Assembly: GCA_963676295.2 (NCBI GenBank)
Contig: CAXXJR010000006.1
Source of the DNA: Maridesulfovibrio sp.
GTDB taxonomy: Bacteria; Desulfobacterota; Desulfovibrionia; Desulfovibrionales; Desulfovibrionaceae
DNA length: 64,000 bases
Direction: 5' to 3' (one strand)
The notes below the pieces were generated by a model, which ran no database searches, was not told the origin of the DNA, and worked only from the letters and a program-made list of their open reading frames with translations. Shown here piece by piece: positions 60,904-64,000 of the stretch. The translations under genes and the position numbers were made by a program. How positions within the stretch are numbered: the stretch's first letter is position 1; each line of letters opens with the position of its first letter.

Positions 60904-61467
60904 ATGACACCAGCTGATAGCACACTAACTTCTCCACTTATGCTTAAAGCCATTCAAAATAAAAATGATGCTGAACTTAAATCATTGGTGACCTTTTATG
61001 CAGGAGATAAGCTATATAACAATCTCAAAACTGGTAAATTTTATAATCTTCCTGTTTTAACATGGAATGGGCCAGATACTTTTCTTTTTACACAATCGCC
61101 TCACAAGCCCTTCAAATTCGAAACTTCTTCCGGAAGGACAATAGAACCACAAACGATGCCTACTGATGGAGGATCAATTCCATACATTTTTAGAATGTTA
61201 AAAAAATATTCTCCTTGGGGATATGCCCCAGCATTTATAATTCACGATTGGCTTTTCCACGCTCATAAAAATAATATTTCACCTGACAACGATTGGGCCT
61301 TTGAAGAGACAGCAGACATAATGGCAGAATGCATTAAAACTTTGATGGAGGTAGGATTTACCAACGTTGATGGGAAGCTACAAATTTTGGAAAAAGAAGA
61401 AGATACACTTTATTTGATGTTTCTAGCTGTAAAATCATTTGAAGCTAAAAAGATTTGGAATGAATAA
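60904..61467 (+). CDS. DUF1353-like protein
   Basis: It has PTDGGSIP and IIHDWLF, which match my recollection of the DUF1353 signature (TDGaSiP ... HDxLY). Confidence 0.6.
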   Translation: MTPADSTLTSPLMLKAIQNKNDAELKSLVTFYAGDKLYNNLKTGKFYNLPVLTWNGPDTFLFTQSPHKPFKFETSSGRTIEPQTMPTDGGSIPYIFRMLKKYSPWGYAPAFIIHDWLFHAHKNNISPDNDWAFEETADIMAECIKTLMEVGFTNVDGKLQILEKEEDTLYLMFLAVKSFEAKKIWNE

Positions 61468-61586
61468 TGATCATGATTGTGGATAGCATTAGGGTAGCAA
61501 AAAAGAAAAGGGTTTATACTGCGGTAGCAGCGTGAACCCTTTACGTCTACGGTGAACAAATCGTAAGTAGAATTTTGGCTAGTTTT

Positions 61587-62474
61587 TCATGAATTTTGGT
61601 GCATCTTTGGTGCAAATTCTTCCCCTTCAGAAAAGCCATACTTTTCCAACAATCCAAAAAAATTAGAAACTGCTACATCAAAACCATACTCATCATGAAG
61701 GTCCATCAATATATCGTGTACATTGGGAGGATTCTTATGACCATCAAGAACAAGAACAGCTCTAAAGTTATACTTTTCGCCTATAAGTTCATTCCTAAAT
61801 CTTTTCAACTTTCTGCAAGCACTTCGAAGAATCGGCTTAATTCGGCTTGGATTACTTGTATACTTAACCTCAACAATAGTATCACCTCCCTCACCTCTAA
61901 CAACGCCATCTACATTTATAAATCCACTTTTTGTCTTAATTTTTGTTTCTCTACGCAAAAAACCTTTGAATTCATCTTGTAAATCTTGAAAAACCAAACT
62001 CTCAGCCATATAAGCCCTACGTATTGGTTCGCTAGGAATATCCTTTAATAAATTAGACTCAAATTTGAGACGCTGAGCACTCTCCTTAAGTTCACTTACA
62101 TCGTCGCTAGAAGTTTGTTCAGCATCATCTATATTTACATTTGCTATGGAAATATCTTCTTTTATTTCAGCTTCATATTTTGCTCCTAATTCAGCAGAAT
62201 TTTCAAGTCCACCAGCCACTAAAAAGGCATCATCATTTTTAAAATCACCGGGGCCGTAGAGCTTTCGATGATGACAAGCTACAAGCCACCCGAAAATAGT
62301 TAAAACGGCACAAGGAAATAGTACAATAAATATTACTAATATGGTTTCATTCCATTTTTCCAACTTTCCAATTGAAGTTCCTAATAATAAGGCACTCATT
62401 CCATAAATTAATGAGATAAATAAAGCGATTATCCCAAGAGGATTACGAGCTTCCCACTTCGGCATTTTAAACAT
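61587..62474 (-). CDS. membrane-anchored protein with C-terminal PD-(D/E)xK (Mrr/restriction-endonuclease-like) fold candidate
   Basis: It has two N-terminal TM helices, an acidic linker, then AESLVFQDL ... INVDGVV ... IVEVKY (an E...D...ExK pattern). Confidence 0.55.
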   Translation of the reverse strand: MFKMPKWEARNPLGIIALFISLIYGMSALLLGTSIGKLEKWNETILVIFIVLFPCAVLTIFGWLVACHHRKLYGPGDFKNDDAFLVAGGLENSAELGAKYEAEIKEDISIANVNIDDAEQTSSDDVSELKESAQRLKFESNLLKDIPSEPIRRAYMAESLVFQDLQDEFKGFLRRETKIKTKSGFINVDGVVRGEGGDTIVEVKYTSNPSRIKPILRSACRKLKRFRNELIGEKYNFRAVLVLDGHKNPPNVHDILMDLHDEYGFDVAVSNFFGLLEKYGFSEGEEFAPKMHQNS

Positions 62475-62750
62475 ATTTTATACACCCCTTACTTCTATCC
62501 CTCCACCCAATACCCACCCCACCATATAAATTCAACAAATAATTATAATTTCACATTGACAGAATGTACCACTTGCAAGTCATACTGGATCAGTTTGAGA
62601 TGGGAGATAGATACGGTGAAACGTATTATTAAATAGCATCAGGAAACAAGTCTCAGCCAATGCCAAGACTTTTGATGAATATGATAAAGAGCAAATGAAG
62701 AAAGCGGGTAAAGGCAAGCCTGCGGCGGTCTTGGAGTTGGTGCGGAAGTA

Positions 62751-62786
62751 AAAAAGAAATCCCCTAGAGCAAAAACTCTAGGGGAT
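62751..62786 (-). terminator. terminator after the Cys-rich small gene
   Basis: ATCCCCTAGAG-loop-CTCTAGGGGAT has a T-run on the minus strand. Confidence 0.75.
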
Positions 62787-62796
62787 TTTAAACCAA

Positions 62797-63060
62797 TTAA
62801 AGTCCTCTTCTTTCATCCTTAGCTTCACGATGTTCATGTGGACCACACAGTCTATGATATGATGCATAAAAAGTATCTCCTCCACACGCAGAACACTTGA
62901 TCTGCTGACTTTCGCCATCAGAAGTATACTCGTAAAGTCTCTCTTCTTCATCTAAATAATGCATCTCATCACTACATGAAACTTCTTCTGCATCACAAGA
63001 TGTGCAAAGGTAATCAGTTAGAGAATCGTTGCCACAGATGTCACATTCTTTTTTAGACAT
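62797..63060 (-). CDS. small Cys-rich (zinc-ribbon-like) protein
   Basis: It is 87 aa with CDIC, CTSC and CSAC pairs plus HEH, and has its own terminator. Confidence 0.55.
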   Translation of the reverse strand: MSKKECDICGNDSLTDYLCTSCDAEEVSCSDEMHYLDEEERLYEYTSDGESQQIKCSACGGDTFYASYHRLCGPHEHREAKDERRGL

Positions 63061-63086
63061 TTTAGTCCTCTTTGTTTTAAAAGGTT

Positions 63087-63125
63087 AAAAAACAAAAAAC
63101 GGTGTACTCTATATGAGCACACCGT
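63087..63125 (-). terminator. terminator
   Basis: On the minus strand, ACGGTGTGCTC-loop-GAGTACACCGT is followed by TTTTTTGTTTTTT. Confidence 0.75.
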
Positions 63126-63278
63126 CGTAAACGCTATAAAACGCCAAAAAATCATTAGACGCACCTATCTTGTTGAAGGTTTGTCGCATTTATCCACCGC
63201 GTCAGACATAATATGATCATTTTATAGACTCACAAGGTCCAGATTTTTAAAGAACAACTTACAAATTGTGCGGTGGTT

Positions 63279-63749
63279 CTAATTTGTGAAACACAACTTA
63301 ATTAAATTTAAAATAAAAGTCAACCCACGATTTAGTTCTCTCCATCTCAACACTAATAACATCCCCCCATCTTCCCCTTTACCCATCCCCCCATAAAAAG
63401 ACAAACGATTAATACAGCATAAACATATCAACGGCGCGGCTTGTTCGAACAGCTCCCACATTTGCCACACGGTTTCACCATTCACCTTGCCCCACGGTTC
63501 ATCAATCACCACTACCAGTTCATCCGCCTTGTTTCGTTTGACCATAAACTTCTGCTGATGTTCCCGAATCAATACGCCTAGTTTCTTCATTGCCTTGTGC
63601 CCGATTTCAAAAGACTGCCAATGCCGATTGAATTCGTCTTCGGATATCGGTTCAACTTTTTCCTGTCGGCATAACCGTTTGAACTTATTGAAAGCTGTTT
63701 CCGGTTCACCCTTTTTGTATTTGCTTTGAAGCTTTGCCAGTGCACTCAT
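63279..63749 (-). CDS. hypothetical protein (mobile-element-like context)
   Basis: A 156-aa ORF. The N-terminal ~110 aa look protein-like. The C-terminal part crosses a G-run repeat and looks low quality. Its start overlaps the upstream ORF stop (ATGA). Confidence 0.4.
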   Translation of the reverse strand: MSALAKLQSKYKKGEPETAFNKFKRLCRQEKVEPISEDEFNRHWQSFEIGHKAMKKLGVLIREHQQKFMVKRNKADELVVVIDEPWGKVNGETVWQMWELFEQAAPLICLCCINRLSFYGGMGKGEDGGMLLVLRWRELNRGLTFILNLIKLCFTN

Positions 63750-64000
63750 TTCGGTACCATGTCCAAGTCTTGTCCCGAGTCGATTAAAACCGGAAACAAT
63801 TGATAACTCTTACTTTTTTTAACATCTGTCCAAGTGGTCTGTGTACCGGACCATAAAACCAAATACTCAAAGCCTCGCGTGCGGGTACATATACGCGCAC
63901 ACGCACGTAAGGAGATTTCCGAATGGACATGGACCGTTGGTACCACTTGGACAGAACCAGTATTCATGCGGTTTTGCAAAGTTACATGCGGGACCGAATG
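63746..64000 (-). CDS. possible ORF running off the window
   Basis: The frame is open from the window edge, and its stop overlaps the next start. It competes with a plus-strand ORF at 63923. Confidence 0.3.
   Translation of the reverse strand, partial: HSVPHVTLQNRMNTGSVQVVPTVHVHSEISLRACARICTRTRGFEYLVLWSGTQTTWTDVKKSKSYQLFPVLIDSGQDLDMVPK
63923..64000 (+). CDS. possible 5' end of a plus-strand gene running off the window
   Basis: AAGGAG (63909-63914) lies 8 nt before the ATG at 63923. The frame (MDMDRWYHLDRTSIHAVLQSYMRDRM) stays open to the window end. Confidence 0.3.
   Translation, partial: MDMDRWYHLDRTSIHAVLQSYMRDRM

Noticed and set aside
59246-61467. Diversity-generating retroelement targeting the DUF1566 (C-type-lectin-like) protein
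   Set aside because: DUF1566 domains are known DGR targets. However, no reverse transcriptase ORF and no template/variable repeat pair are visible in or near the gene.
1-64000. tRNA, rRNA, tmRNA, RNase P, SRP RNA, CRISPR arrays, IS elements
   Set aside because: I scanned the intergenic regions by eye for T-loop GTTCGAATC-type motifs, regularly spaced repeats and transposase-like ORFs, and found none. A proper tRNAscan/Infernal run is still needed to exclude small RNAs.

Overview
Gene-dense chromosomal window, AT-rich by eye, with most genes on the minus strand. The content suggests a Desulfovibrionaceae-type sulfate reducer. That is inferred from a periplasmic Tat-exported hydrogenase with a selenocysteine codon, a fused AccA-AccD carboxyltransferase next to a stand-alone biotin carboxylase, a PaaK+ACT pair and a cheA-cheR-cheB cluster.

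Most of the window is housekeeping. Recognisable genes are uspA-like, a DHH phosphoesterase, umuDC, accC-like plus the accA/accD fusion, gpmI, rsfS, paaK-like plus ACT, an Hpt protein, kup, dapB, a divergent ligA, an RCK K+ channel and uvrB. They continue with aat-clpA-clpS, a CYTH protein, crcB plus DUF190, cheBRA, DUF2062, an EF-G paralog, bamD, trxBA, tsaD, fbp, an ftsB-like gene, pgsA, mrp/apbC, DUF368, pcm, a CBS protein, a hydrogenase small/large subunit plus maturation protease operon, an M23 peptidase, and lon-clpX-clpP-tig.

I saw no rRNA, tRNA, CRISPR array, transposase or integrase.

Points worth a second look:
1. The hydrogenase large-subunit ORF is cut short in the track by an in-frame TGA. 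That TGA sits in the DP-U-xx-C-xx-H nickel-site motif and is followed by a hairpin, so this is a [NiFeSe] enzyme with 25 further codons.
2. The M23 peptidase is split by a 1-nt frameshift between its HxxxD and HxH motifs.
3. CheA carries a roughly 250-aa insert between Hpt and the dimerisation domain. It includes a tandem T2SSE_N/MshEN-like (cyclic-di-GMP-receptor-like) 24-residue motif pair and a hexanucleotide repeat.
4. Terminator-like hairpins sit in the leaders of the paaK-like gene and the hydrogenase operon.
5. A Fur-type 7-1-7 box lies upstream of a secreted DUF1566 protein that has a Gly/Met/Gln/Pro-rich tail.
6. The last ~3 kb looks accessory. It holds DUF1353, a membrane-anchored PD-(D/E)xK-like protein, Cys-rich small proteins, G-quadruplex-type G-runs and a repeat-rich switch-like region at the window edge.

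I could not demonstrate a clearly new multi-gene system. The CheA insert and the membrane-tethered nuclease-like gene are the best candidates for undescribed biology.
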